A stretch of 64,000 nucleotides of DNA. Source: Paracoccaceae bacterium. GTDB lineage: Bacteria; Pseudomonadota; Alphaproteobacteria; Rhodobacterales; Rhodobacteraceae. The notes below the pieces were generated by a model. The model was not told the DNA's origin. It made no database searches and was given only the letters and a program-made list of their open reading frames with translations. Made by a program: the position numbers and the translations under genes. Shown here piece after piece: positions 9,313 to 17,965 of this stretch. Within the stretch, counting starts at the first letter, position 1; each line of letters opens with the position of its first letter. Location: positions 176,495-240,494 of the forward strand of contig WKFI01000007.1 of NCBI GenBank assembly GCA_014872875.1, read 5' to 3'.

Positions 9313-9507
9313 TCAGCCCTGATCCGCCTTCAGATGATTTGCGGCAGCGTGCACAAGCTCCCGGGCTTTCGCCCCGTCAGCCAATTCACGCGCCAACAAC
9401 AGGCTGAGCTTGCACAGGAACAGCTCCCGATCCTTGTCAGCCAGAGCATCCAGCATTGACGCCATGTCTTCGTAGAAGGCTTCGAGTTCATTGAATTGCA
9501 TGGACAT
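9313..9507 (-). CDS. Small DUF2783-like protein coupled to the upstream FAD monooxygenase
   Basis: 64 aa. The start lies 3 nt after the stop of the 9510..11177 gene. As I recall, this small helical protein commonly accompanies MhpA-like hydroxylases. Confidence 0.5.
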   Translation of the reverse strand: MSMQFNELEAFYEDMASMLDALADKDRELFLCKLSLLLARELADGAKARELVHAAANHLKADQG

Positions 9508-9509
9508 GG

Positions 9510-11177
9510 TCAGCCTCCTGCCTTGCCAAATGTGGTCACGATCTGCGCGACAATGCCGTCCACCGGGTCCGCGCCCCAGATGCCACCGACATAGCCGTCC
9601 GGCCGGACCAGAACATGTCCTTTGGTCGCCCCAATTCGCGCGTGAAGGCGGTCCAATGCGTCTTGCCCAAACCGTCGCAGAATGTCCGCTCCGGTCAGGA
9701 AGACAAAGTCCGGGTCAATTGCAGCCAGCGCCTGTGGCGGTTCAAAGGCCCGCTCCTCCAGTGCGAGCAGGGTAAAGCCGTTCCCCAGAAGATCGCTGAG
9801 ATAGGTCTTACCGGACAGGATTTCGTCCGGTAGCACTGCACCTGCGCGAACGCCACCGATCTGTGCCAGTGATCCCAGAACCGCGCCGCCTTCCCCATAA
9901 GTAAAAGGCTGCATCTGGCGCGGATTGGCGAATTCCCCGGCCCAGTCGTGATCCAGCGCCAGCGACAGGGCCGCATCCCGCATCAATTCCCACCCCTTGC
10001 TCGGCGGCGTCATGAACCGCGCACTCTTCGAAGCGTTTTCGAAGACATCCAGCGTGGCGCCGCGCCGTTCGGGGCTGTAGCTGTCCAGCAGGCTTTTGTC
10101 ACTTTGCCCGTTCAGAACCCGAGCCAGTTTCCAGCCCGCGTTTTCGGCGTCGGCCAAGCCGTTGTTCAATCCACGCACGCCAAAGATCGGAACGATGTGG
10201 GCACTGTCACCTATGAACAGAACCCGCCCGTCGCGGTAATTGTCCAGGGCCAGCGTGTTGGCGGAATAGATGCTCCACCATTCCAGATCCCACGCGCCAT
10301 CATGACCGATATCGGTCAGAATCCGGGCAACGTTGCTGCGAATGTTGTCTTCGCGGATCGCCTCTTCTTCGGATTGACCACCGGGCAGCTGATAATCGAT
10401 CCGCCAGATATTGTCCGGCTGACGGTGGATCAGGATTGTCTTGTCCGGGTTTGATTTGCTGTCGAACAGGGCACGTCGGATGGTTGGATAGTCATGGTCC
10501 ATCTGCACATCTGCAATGACATAGCGGCCCGGGAAGTTGTCCCCTTTCAACTGCAAACCCCGCATTGAACGGATCGGACTGCGCGCACCATCGGCGGCCA
10601 AAACCCAATCGGCATTACAGGAATAAGCGCCATGTGTGTCTGTGACGCTCAGCTGCACGCCCGTGTCTGTGTCAATGATGCCCGTCACCTCGCTGCACCA
10701 CCGGGCATCGATCAGATCAGATGCGGCGACTGCGTCCCAAAGATACTGTTCGATGTATTGCTGCTGGATGTTGTACATCGGCAGATATTTCTCACTGCCC
10801 GAATGCGGCATCTCGAATTCAAGGATCTGCTGCCCCTGAAAAAAGGTGCGCCCCTTGGTCCAACCCAGCGCCTTGTCCAGAAACGGCTGAACCGCCCCCG
10901 CGCGCTCCATCGCCTGATAGCTGCTGCGCTGAATGCAGATCGCGCGACTGCCATCGTTGAACGTGCTCTTATTGTCGAACAGAACCGAAGCGATGCCGAA
11001 CCGTGCGAGGGTCAGTACCGCGAACATCCCCACCGGCCCGGCGCCAACGATGGCCACCTTGCAACGGGCATGTTCCAGTACATGTGCCCGATCGGGTGCC
11101 ATGAATGTGGGATATGTGAAATAGAGCGAGTCATATTCGCCCTGTCCTGCAGGTCTCAAAACGCAGCCCTCCGACAA
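9510..11177 (-). CDS. FAD-dependent aromatic-ring monooxygenase (MhpA/PheA-TfdB family)
   Basis: 555 aa. Rossmann motif KVAIVGAGPVG, DG motif LAADGARSPIR and GD motif FIGDSAHIVPIFGVRGLNNG. The annotated start is TTG; an internal ATG (MAPDR..., 11102) is an alternative. Confidence 0.85.
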   Translation of the reverse strand: MSEGCVLRPAGQGEYDSLYFTYPTFMAPDRAHVLEHARCKVAIVGAGPVGMFAVLTLARFGIASVLFDNKSTFNDGSRAICIQRSSYQAMERAGAVQPFLDKALGWTKGRTFFQGQQILEFEMPHSGSEKYLPMYNIQQQYIEQYLWDAVAASDLIDARWCSEVTGIIDTDTGVQLSVTDTHGAYSCNADWVLAADGARSPIRSMRGLQLKGDNFPGRYVIADVQMDHDYPTIRRALFDSKSNPDKTILIHRQPDNIWRIDYQLPGGQSEEEAIREDNIRSNVARILTDIGHDGAWDLEWWSIYSANTLALDNYRDGRVLFIGDSAHIVPIFGVRGLNNGLADAENAGWKLARVLNGQSDKSLLDSYSPERRGATLDVFENASKSARFMTPPSKGWELMRDAALSLALDHDWAGEFANPRQMQPFTYGEGGAVLGSLAQIGGVRAGAVLPDEILSGKTYLSDLLGNGFTLLALEERAFEPPQALAAIDPDFVFLTGADILRRFGQDALDRLHARIGATKGHVLVRPDGYVGGIWGADPVDGIVAQIVTTFGKAGG

Positions 11178-11194
11178 ATTCTAGTGTGTGGATG

Positions 11195-11530
11195 ACTATG
11201 CCCGTTCACAGCTCGTCTGGCTGTCCCCCCCAAAAGGAGGACAAGGAAAGGCCCCGGTGTGGGCGCATGGGCAAGTTCATCTGCATCGACCTGACCTATT
11301 CCGGCCACGTCGCCGCAGCCGGGTTGGAGATGCCGGCAGAACCGGTGATCATTGCCAAGACAACTCGCGCGCTTTGCGATCCGACGACGCGGTCGGTGTC
11401 CCCAGGGGCGCCACGAAACCCGATCCGCGCTAACCGCGTCCGGACCACCGAGTTGCGCTGGGTCCCGACGATACCGGGAATACAGCGGCTGGACGTTGAA
11501 CAGGGCTGATTGGCCCTGCGTCGCCCGAAC
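11195..11530 (+). pseudogene. Remnant of a fumarylacetoacetate hydrolase (FAH) family gene
   Basis: Frame 2 reads GKFICIDLTYSGHVAAAGLEMPAEPVIIAKTTRALCDP, which resembles the FAH-family core K-I-I-C-x-G-x-N-Y-x-x-H...P-x-x-F-x-K. The similarity continues in frame 1 (DDAVGVPRGATKPD) and then returns to frame 2 (ELRWVPTIPG). That requires at least 2 frameshifts, and the remnant is truncated against the stop of the next gene. Confidence 0.45.
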
Positions 11531-11535
11531 ACGGA

Positions 11536-13416
11536 TTAGCGAAACACCCCTGTCAAAAAGGCGGATAGTTCGTAATGCGTCTCCAGCGGCAGCACATGCG
11601 CAACGTGTTGATCCGGGCGGACCAGTACCACCCCACCCTGATTCCGATCCACACCACGCATGTCGAAAATGTCATGGCCCGACTTCAGATCCGCGCAGAA
11701 AACCTTTTCATAATCGATCAGACCATAGCGGCCTTTGGTTGGGCGCAGGAACGGGTGCATCATGGAGTGCTCCAGATCGCGGAAACCCTGTTGAAAGACA
11801 GCACGCACGTCGATCAGGCCGTCGATATCCTCTTCCCCCTGGCGCAACTGAGCGATGGGTGAGGCCGGATCGTCCTGCAAGAAGTCGCACAGGCGCCACA
11901 ACGGCTCGGGTGATTTGGGCGCAAAGGCAAAGATCGTCCAGCGTATCCCCGCCTCGACCACATGTCCTAAATGCATCGGCCTTGCATCGGCCAGACGCAC
12001 AACGGGGGCAGAGTGAAATCGGGTACCGATCTCGAACCCTTTGGCCAAGCCCTGCCAGGTGCCGGGGCCGATCAGGTCCGAAGGCTGGTATTTCACCGTC
12101 AGGCCCGCCGTGAAGCGGCCACCTTCGACAAATTTGCGCTGCACCATCGGCAGGTCACTGCCGGCCTCAGGTGCGGCGCCCACAACCCGCGACCATTGGT
12201 GATCATAATCGATCAGCGCTTGCGCCGCCCCTTGCCGTTCCTGCGAATAGCTGTGCAAAAGCTGCGGTGACGCCCGCCCAGTCAGAACCGAGATTAGTTT
12301 CCAGCCCAGATTGAACGTATCACCCATTGAGACGTTCATCCCCTGACCTGCCTTGGGGCTGTGCGTGTGACAGGCGTCCCCGGCGGTAAAGACACGCGGT
12401 GTTCGCATACCGCTCTGACCTGACGGTACATCGTCGAACTTGTCGGTCAGCCGATGGCCAATCTCGTAGATGGACCACCAGACCACATCCTTCACGTCCA
12501 GCACATAAGGCCGCAGAATCCGGTTTGCACGCGAGATGATATCCTCGGCTTCCAAGCCGCGATCAGCCACCCGTTCGGTTTCGTGCAGCTTGTCGAGTTC
12601 GACATAAAGCCGGACCAGGTAGCCGCCCTCCCGTGGCAGGACCAGTATGCTGCCGTCCTGATCCGACTGGATGATGGATTTCATCCGGATATCGGGAAAA
12701 TCGGTAACAGCGAGCATATCCATGACGCCCCAGGCCTGATGCGCTGCGTCGCCTTGCAGGCTGCCGCCGATGGCCCGGCGCACGTTGCTGCGTGCGCCGT
12801 CACAGCCGACCACATACCCGGCCCGAACGGTTTCGCGCTGCCCGGCCCGAGCTGCATCCGTGCGCTCAAGCGTGACAGTCACGGGATGCTTCTCGGCCTC
12901 GGGATCAAGGGACAGATCGACGACCTTCAGGCCGTAATCCGGCTCCAGCCGACGGGGAGCGTTGCGCATGATGTCCAAATACATGTCATGCACTCGGGCC
13001 TGATTGAGCAACACATGCGGCATTTCCGACAGACCGTCTTCAACATCCTGAACCCGCCCGCAGCGCCGGATGCACTCAGGTTGATCAGGATCTGGCGTCC
13101 AGAACGTCGTTTCATTTATCCAGATTGCTTCCCGCTTGACCTTTTCTGCAAACCCGAACGCCTGGAACATCTCCATCGAACGCACGTTGATCCCATCCGC
13201 CTGCCCTTTTTCCATCGGCCCCAGCTTGGGCTCGACAATCATGGTTGAAATCTGGGGAAAGCGCGCCAACTGTGCGGCAAGGCACAGCCCTGCCGGTCCA
13301 CAGCCCGCAATCAGAACATCCACCTCTTCGGGAATTGCATCGCCCCGGAGCGGCACCTGATCCAGCCGCCGATTGTCGGGGTCGCCGGGGATAAAACCGT
13401 TAAGATGATATTGCAT
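11536..13416 (-). CDS. FAD-dependent phenol 2-monooxygenase / 3-hydroxybenzoate 4-monooxygenase-like hydroxylase
   Basis: 626 aa. Motifs VLIAGCGPAGL, VGCDGARSNVRR and FTAGDACHTHSPKAGQGMN, plus a long C-terminal extension typical of the phenol hydroxylase subgroup. ATG 13416 with GAGGA upstream. Confidence 0.85.
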   Translation of the reverse strand: MQYHLNGFIPGDPDNRRLDQVPLRGDAIPEEVDVLIAGCGPAGLCLAAQLARFPQISTMIVEPKLGPMEKGQADGINVRSMEMFQAFGFAEKVKREAIWINETTFWTPDPDQPECIRRCGRVQDVEDGLSEMPHVLLNQARVHDMYLDIMRNAPRRLEPDYGLKVVDLSLDPEAEKHPVTVTLERTDAARAGQRETVRAGYVVGCDGARSNVRRAIGGSLQGDAAHQAWGVMDMLAVTDFPDIRMKSIIQSDQDGSILVLPREGGYLVRLYVELDKLHETERVADRGLEAEDIISRANRILRPYVLDVKDVVWWSIYEIGHRLTDKFDDVPSGQSGMRTPRVFTAGDACHTHSPKAGQGMNVSMGDTFNLGWKLISVLTGRASPQLLHSYSQERQGAAQALIDYDHQWSRVVGAAPEAGSDLPMVQRKFVEGGRFTAGLTVKYQPSDLIGPGTWQGLAKGFEIGTRFHSAPVVRLADARPMHLGHVVEAGIRWTIFAFAPKSPEPLWRLCDFLQDDPASPIAQLRQGEEDIDGLIDVRAVFQQGFRDLEHSMMHPFLRPTKGRYGLIDYEKVFCADLKSGHDIFDMRGVDRNQGGVVLVRPDQHVAHVLPLETHYELSAFLTGVFR

Positions 13417-13453
13417 GTCCGATCCTCAGGTTCGTCGGGAGACAGGTTTCCCT

Positions 13454-13481
13454 AAATTTAATATGCATACTTATTAAATTT
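13454..13481. promoter_or_regulatory. AT-rich inverted repeat (candidate operator) upstream of the 11536..13416 hydroxylase gene
   Basis: AAATTTAATA (13454-13463) and TATTAAATTT (13472-13481) are perfect 10-bp inverted arms around TGCATACT. An overlapping TATGCATA palindrome lies at 13462-13469. The site is 38-65 nt upstream of the ATG. Confidence 0.35.
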
Positions 13482-14019
13482 GGTCAATCACATGTAGATG
13501 AGTTCGATTTGCTGCGCGAATACTGCAAGAACCAAGGTCGCCGCATGGTTGCAGCATCAGGGTCAATCGCACACCTCTGGGATCGCAACCACCGCCAACC
13601 TCAGCAACCTTTGCCAAACAACTCGGACGCTCTCATCACCTTGTGGGGCAACACTATTTTCTGCTCGACCAATGCACCTGAGTACTTCACCACCCTTCGA
13701 CGGCCGCAAGCGGTCAGTTTTTGATTTCACCCAGGATCCTGAGGGTTTGAAGCCAACGCAGGGCGAAGCAATTTGCAATAATGGTTGGGTAGAGGGTATT
13801 GGCACCAGCCCAGCAACCGGCCAGTCGGCCGCACCGAATGCTCTGTATTCCGCGCCAGCCCTGCCTCCCATGATCGCAGGTACGCGCCTACCAGCGACAT
13901 TTCTGCCTGATTTTGAAATTGCTCAGTGTGAACAGCTTCCTGCCCCCGGTGAAGACGAACAATCAATCGCACCGCCGCAACAACCGCCCCCCATCGTCAG
14001 CCAAGTCCAAGATCCCAGC

Positions 14020-15000
14020 CAACGTCTTGCTGATGCTCGGTCGCGCACACAGACAGTCAGTCTGGCCCGGAATCGCCTGAGCTGCGGCGTCAGCACCGGC
14101 CTGGTTGGATTTGCCGCTCCGGACGCAAGCGGCAACTGACAAGGCTTTGATGTCGGTTGTTGCCGCGCATTGGCAACTGCCATTCTGGGGGATCCCTCTG
14201 CGGTCGAATTCTATCCGACAACAGGCAAAACCCGCTTTACAGCGCTTGCATCTGGCGAAGTGGAGATTCTGGCCAGGAATTCTGCGTGAACCTTTTCCCG
14301 CAATGTGGACCTCAGATTCGACTACGCTGGGATAAACTATTACGGCGGCCAGGGTTTTATGGTGCCTGCGGCACTTGGTGTGTCTTCTGCCAGGGAATTG
14401 GATGGTGCCGTGATCTGTGAGGTCGAAAACACGTTCTCCGCTTTAGACTTCGCCAATTTTGCCCTAGTCAACGCAATCTCATTCGAACAGATCACTGCCC
14501 AATCGCTTGAAGAAGCGGCCGTTTCCTATAACGAAGGAAGGTGCGACGGGCTCGTCGCGACCGAGTTCCAGCTGTTGTCTCTGATTGAAGGCAAGAGCGA
14601 TATCCAGGTGGAGGAACACGTCGTATTGCCCGAGCGGTTCTCGCTTTATCCTCAGGGGCCGATCGTTTCCTCAGGTGACGAAGGTTGGACTGACATCGTG
14701 CGATCGGTCGTGGCAGCAGTGATCACAGCGGAAGAACTGGGCATTACCCAAAGCAATGTCCGCGACTTGGCCGCTGGCACAAATAACCCGGAAATCAACC
14801 GCCTACTTGGAGCCGAAGGTGCATTGGGGGAAATGCTGGGCCTTTCTGCAGACTGGGCGGTTAACGTCATCGAGACCGTCGGAAACTATGGCGAGATCTA
14901 CGAACGGAACTTTGGCACACTCCCCCCCGGTTTTCTCGATCGTGGGTTGAACACGATCTGGACCGATGGTGGCCTTCTCTATGCTGTTCCGTTTCGCTGA
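14020..15000 (+). pseudogene. AapJ/BztA-like general amino-acid ABC substrate-binding protein gene with two in-frame TGA codons and no signal peptide
   Basis: A single frame reads ...LSCGVSTGLVGFAAPDASGN-TGA(14137)-QGFDVGCCRALATAILGDPSAVEFYPTTGKTRFTALASGEVEILARNSA-TGA(14287)-TFSRNVDLRFDYAGINYYGGQGFMV...LYAVPFR. There are no adjacent permease or ATPase genes, and the upstream 13498-14019 part of the ORF has no signal peptide. Confidence 0.7.
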
Positions 15001-15512
15001 CCGTCTGACGCTACAGTTCATTATCGCCTGAGCGGGGGAAGCACCTGCAACTGCTCCCTATATTGCCCACCAACTTGCAATCTGTTGCGGCAAGTGCAGA
15101 CAATCCAATCTCTGACCCTCCGCAGCCGAGACAGGCTTCGTTCATGGAACAGGCAGCCGCCAGACTAACTTAGGGATCTGTGCCAGTCTTTTGCCTGTTT
15201 CATTTGACCAATAGATCACTTTGCAAGACCAGTTCCGTCTGGCTGAGGATAGCCAGGTGACGGCTCACCACCGGTAACTCGTCGATGAAAAAAGACGTGG
15301 CCTGACAACGACATGCGTAGCATCTGCCGAAATGGTGAAGACCACCGTTGTGTGGCAACGGCGCGGCCTTGTTTACCGCTATCATCCGGGGCTTTCACCA
15401 TCTGCCTTTGGTGAACACATAAAGCGCAGGCCATCGAAAGCTGTTTGACCCTTGTCGTCGTTGGAGATACCCCAGAAGAAAGGCAGGGCAGCAAGGACAC
15501 TCCGACATCGTA

Positions 15513-16388
15513 ATGCAGATCATTGTTCACACAGGTGCCCATGCAACCAGCGAAGACCGGTTGATGAAATGCCTTTTGAGCAATGTGGACGGTTTCCAGA
15601 AACAGGGTGTCGCCGTACCGGGCCCCGGGAAATATCGCGATCTTATCAAGCAAAGCTGCAAAGCCTTGGAACAGGGGGCGCCGTCGCCAGATGCGCGCGA
15701 GATCCTCTTGGATGCAATCCTTGACGAGGAAGAGGCCGACCGGCTGGTTCTGTCAGTTCCAAACCTGTTCAGCTCGCGAAACTACGTGCTTGATGACGGA
15801 ATGCTCTACCCCCAGGCAGGCAAACGTGTGGGTCAGCTGAAACAGCTGTTCCAGCACGACCAACTGGAAATCTTTATGGCGATCCGCAATCCGGCGATAT
15901 TGTTGCCGTCAGTGTTGGGCAAAGCGCCCGAAAAGGTCATCGCAGCTGCATTGAATACAACGGACCTCATGCAATTGCGATGGGCCGACATGATCGAAGA
16001 CATCCGGATGTCGGCACCGAACGTACCCGTTACGGTTTGGTGTTACGAGGATGCGCCGCTAATTTGGGCACAGATCATCCGCGAAATGGCCGGCTTGGAC
16101 CATGGTGAAAAAATCACGGGCGGGTTCGATCTTCTGTCCACCATAATGACACGTGAGGGCATGAAACGGTTCCGGGCCTACCTGCACGAACATAAATCGC
16201 TGTCTGAAGTGCAAAAACGACGGGTGATTGCCGCGTTCCTGGACAAGTTCGCCATCGAAGATGAGCTTGAGGAAGAGCTGGATCTACCGGATTGGACCGA
16301 AGAACTGGTTGACGCAATGAGTGACGCCTATGACGAGGACGTCTATCAACTGCAACGCATCCCCGGGGTTCAGTTCATCGCGCCCTGA
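15513..16388 (+). CDS. Conserved hypothetical protein
   Basis: 291-aa ORF with an ATG start and coding-like composition (acidic C-terminus EDELEEELDLPDWTEELVD). I recognise no family. Confidence 0.55.
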   Translation: MQIIVHTGAHATSEDRLMKCLLSNVDGFQKQGVAVPGPGKYRDLIKQSCKALEQGAPSPDAREILLDAILDEEEADRLVLSVPNLFSSRNYVLDDGMLYPQAGKRVGQLKQLFQHDQLEIFMAIRNPAILLPSVLGKAPEKVIAAALNTTDLMQLRWADMIEDIRMSAPNVPVTVWCYEDAPLIWAQIIREMAGLDHGEKITGGFDLLSTIMTREGMKRFRAYLHEHKSLSEVQKRRVIAAFLDKFAIEDELEEELDLPDWTEELVDAMSDAYDEDVYQLQRIPGVQFIAP

Positions 16389-16412
16389 GTGCAAGCAACC
16401 AAGATGGCAAGG
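16383..16412 (+). repeat. Partial copy of the intergenic repeat family (3' module)
   Basis: CCCTGAGTGCAAGCAACCAAGATGGCAAGG resembles the CCCCGAG...ACCAGA.GAAGG module of the copies at 24870 and 57871. It overlaps the stop codon of the preceding gene. Confidence 0.3.
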
Positions 16413-16467
16413 ACCAGTCCGGCGGGAAATCGGGCCAAGCTTCCGTAGAAGCCCAGCCCGGGAAAAA

Positions 16468-17658
16468 TCAGACTTGCGACGCCTCGAGGGCCTGTTTCAG
16501 ATCGGAGATCAGGTCGCCCGCATCTTCCAACCCGACCGAGAAGCGGACCAGCCCCGGCGTAATGCCCAGTTCGGTTCGTTGCTCTTCGCTCAGACGCTGA
16601 TGCGTTGTCGTCGCCGGGTGGGTGGCGATGGACTTGGCATCACCCAGGTTGTTGGAGATCACCGCGATCTGCATGGCATTGAGGAACTTGAATGCCCCCT
16701 CCTTGCCGCCCTTGATATCCAGCGAAAACACTGTGCCGCCCTTGCCATCCAGCTGGGTCTGGATCAGCGCGTGCTGGGCATGGGTCTTCAGTCCCGGATA
16801 AAGCAGCCGCTCCAACGCAGAATGGCCCTCCAGGGCTTCGGCGACCTTTTGGGCGGTGTCCGCCTGGGCATTGACCCGCAACGTGATTGTCTCCAGCCCT
16901 TTGAGCATGATCCATGCGTTGAAGGGGCTCAGAGCACCGCCGGTATGCTTCAGATAAGGTTCCACCGTACCACGGATGAAATCGCGGGTGCCCAGGATCA
17001 CCCCGCCCAGCGCACGGCCCTGCCCGTCGATATGCTTCGTTGCCGAGTAGATCACTACATCCGCGCCCTGCTCGATCGCGCGCGAAAAAACGGGGGTAGA
17101 AAACACGTTGTCCACCACAACAGTGGCGCCGACCGCGTGGGCAATTTTGGCAACGCCTGCTACGTCAATCACCTCCAAAGTCGGGTTCGACATGGATTCG
17201 AAGAATACTGCCCTGGTGTCAGGCCGCACGGCTTGGCGCCACGCGTCCAGGTCGGTTCCATCGACAAAGGTCACTTCAACCCCGTAGCGCGACAGGATGT
17301 TTTCCAGGATGTACAGGCAGGAGCCGAACAATGCCTTGGCCGATACCACATGATCCCCGGCCTTGAGCATCGAAGTCAGCGCGCCGTTGACTGCCGCCAT
17401 GCCAGAGGCCGTAGCAAAGGCATCCTCGGCTCCTTCCAAGAGCGCAATACGCTGTTCGAACATTGACACGGTGGGGTTGCCATAGCGGGCATAGATGAAC
17501 TCATCCGGACCGCTTTCGATAAACCGGGCCTCGGCCTGTTCGGCCTGATCGTAAACAAAGCCTTGGGTAAGGAAAATCGCCTCACTGACTTCATTGTATT
17601 GGCTGCGGCGGATACCGCCATGGACCAGTTGGGTCCGCTTGTTCCAGCTCTCGCTCAT
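16468..17658 (-). CDS. metZ: O-succinylhomoserine sulfhydrylase
   Basis: Probable start at ATG 17658 (MSESWNKRTQLVHGG...) with GGAGGA upstream. Cys/Met-metabolism PLP enzyme with the lysine motif YSATKHIDGQGR. Length and N-terminus fit MetZ. Confidence 0.9.
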   Translation of the reverse strand: MSESWNKRTQLVHGGIRRSQYNEVSEAIFLTQGFVYDQAEQAEARFIESGPDEFIYARYGNPTVSMFEQRIALLEGAEDAFATASGMAAVNGALTSMLKAGDHVVSAKALFGSCLYILENILSRYGVEVTFVDGTDLDAWRQAVRPDTRAVFFESMSNPTLEVIDVAGVAKIAHAVGATVVVDNVFSTPVFSRAIEQGADVVIYSATKHIDGQGRALGGVILGTRDFIRGTVEPYLKHTGGALSPFNAWIMLKGLETITLRVNAQADTAQKVAEALEGHSALERLLYPGLKTHAQHALIQTQLDGKGGTVFSLDIKGGKEGAFKFLNAMQIAVISNNLGDAKSIATHPATTTHQRLSEEQRTELGITPGLVRFSVGLEDAGDLISDLKQALEASQV

Positions 17659-17689
17659 CTTTCGTCCTCCTGGCGCCTGTCGGCGCAAC

Positions 17690-17722
17690 AAAAAACCCCC
17701 GATCGGCCAAGCGAAAGGGGGT
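17690..17722 (-). terminator. Leader terminator (attenuator) between the pseudoknot element and the metZ start
   Basis: Minus strand reads ACCCCC-UUUCGCUUGGCCGAUC-GGGGGU followed by UUUUUUGUU. It ends about 30 nt before the metZ RBS and start. Confidence 0.55.
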
Positions 17723-17737
17723 CCTTCACATCCTGAC

Positions 17738-17791
17738 CTCTTTAGCGGAATTGATTAGCGTGGCCCGCAATCCGGTAACAAATCGCCACGG
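17738..17791 (-). ncRNA. Candidate SAM-II-like (SAM_alpha) riboswitch aptamer upstream of metZ
   Basis: Minus strand reads CGUGGC-GAUUUGUUACCGGAUU-GCGG-GCCACG-CUAAUCAAUU-CCGC-UAAAG. This gives H-type pseudoknot topology with P1 CGUGGC/GCCACG, P2 GCGG/CCGC, a U-rich L1 containing GCGAUUU, and an A-rich 3' tail. metZ is a known SAM-II-regulated gene class in alphaproteobacteria. Not verified with a covariance model. Confidence 0.45.
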
Positions 17792-17965
17792 TTCTGATGC
17801 GGTGCTGGTACGCCTGTTTTGTCGCAGGGTCAAGCATTGTTGCGGTTTCGCAATGGTAAATGCACCGTCACGCTTGCGTTACGCATCTTTCACAACGGCT
17901 TCATAGCTTTGCCTCATAGGGACCGAAGAACGTCATGACTGCAATAACGGGAGGGGACACCCGGA

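Noticed and set aside
13498-14019. The 5' part of ORF 13498..14139, considered as a genuine long N-terminal extension of the AapJ-like protein or as a separate gene.
   Set aside because: It has no signal peptide and no recognisable motif, and it has low-complexity P/Q/S-rich stretches. It is best explained as degenerated or non-coding sequence that happens to be open.
14137-14289. Genome-wide reassignment of TGA to Trp (code 4-like) as the explanation for the two in-frame TGAs.
   Set aside because: Many well-supported genes in this window terminate at TGA at the expected protein end (for example the ferredoxin, hflC, hflK, the nitrile hydratase subunits and the GATase), so TGA is a functional stop here.
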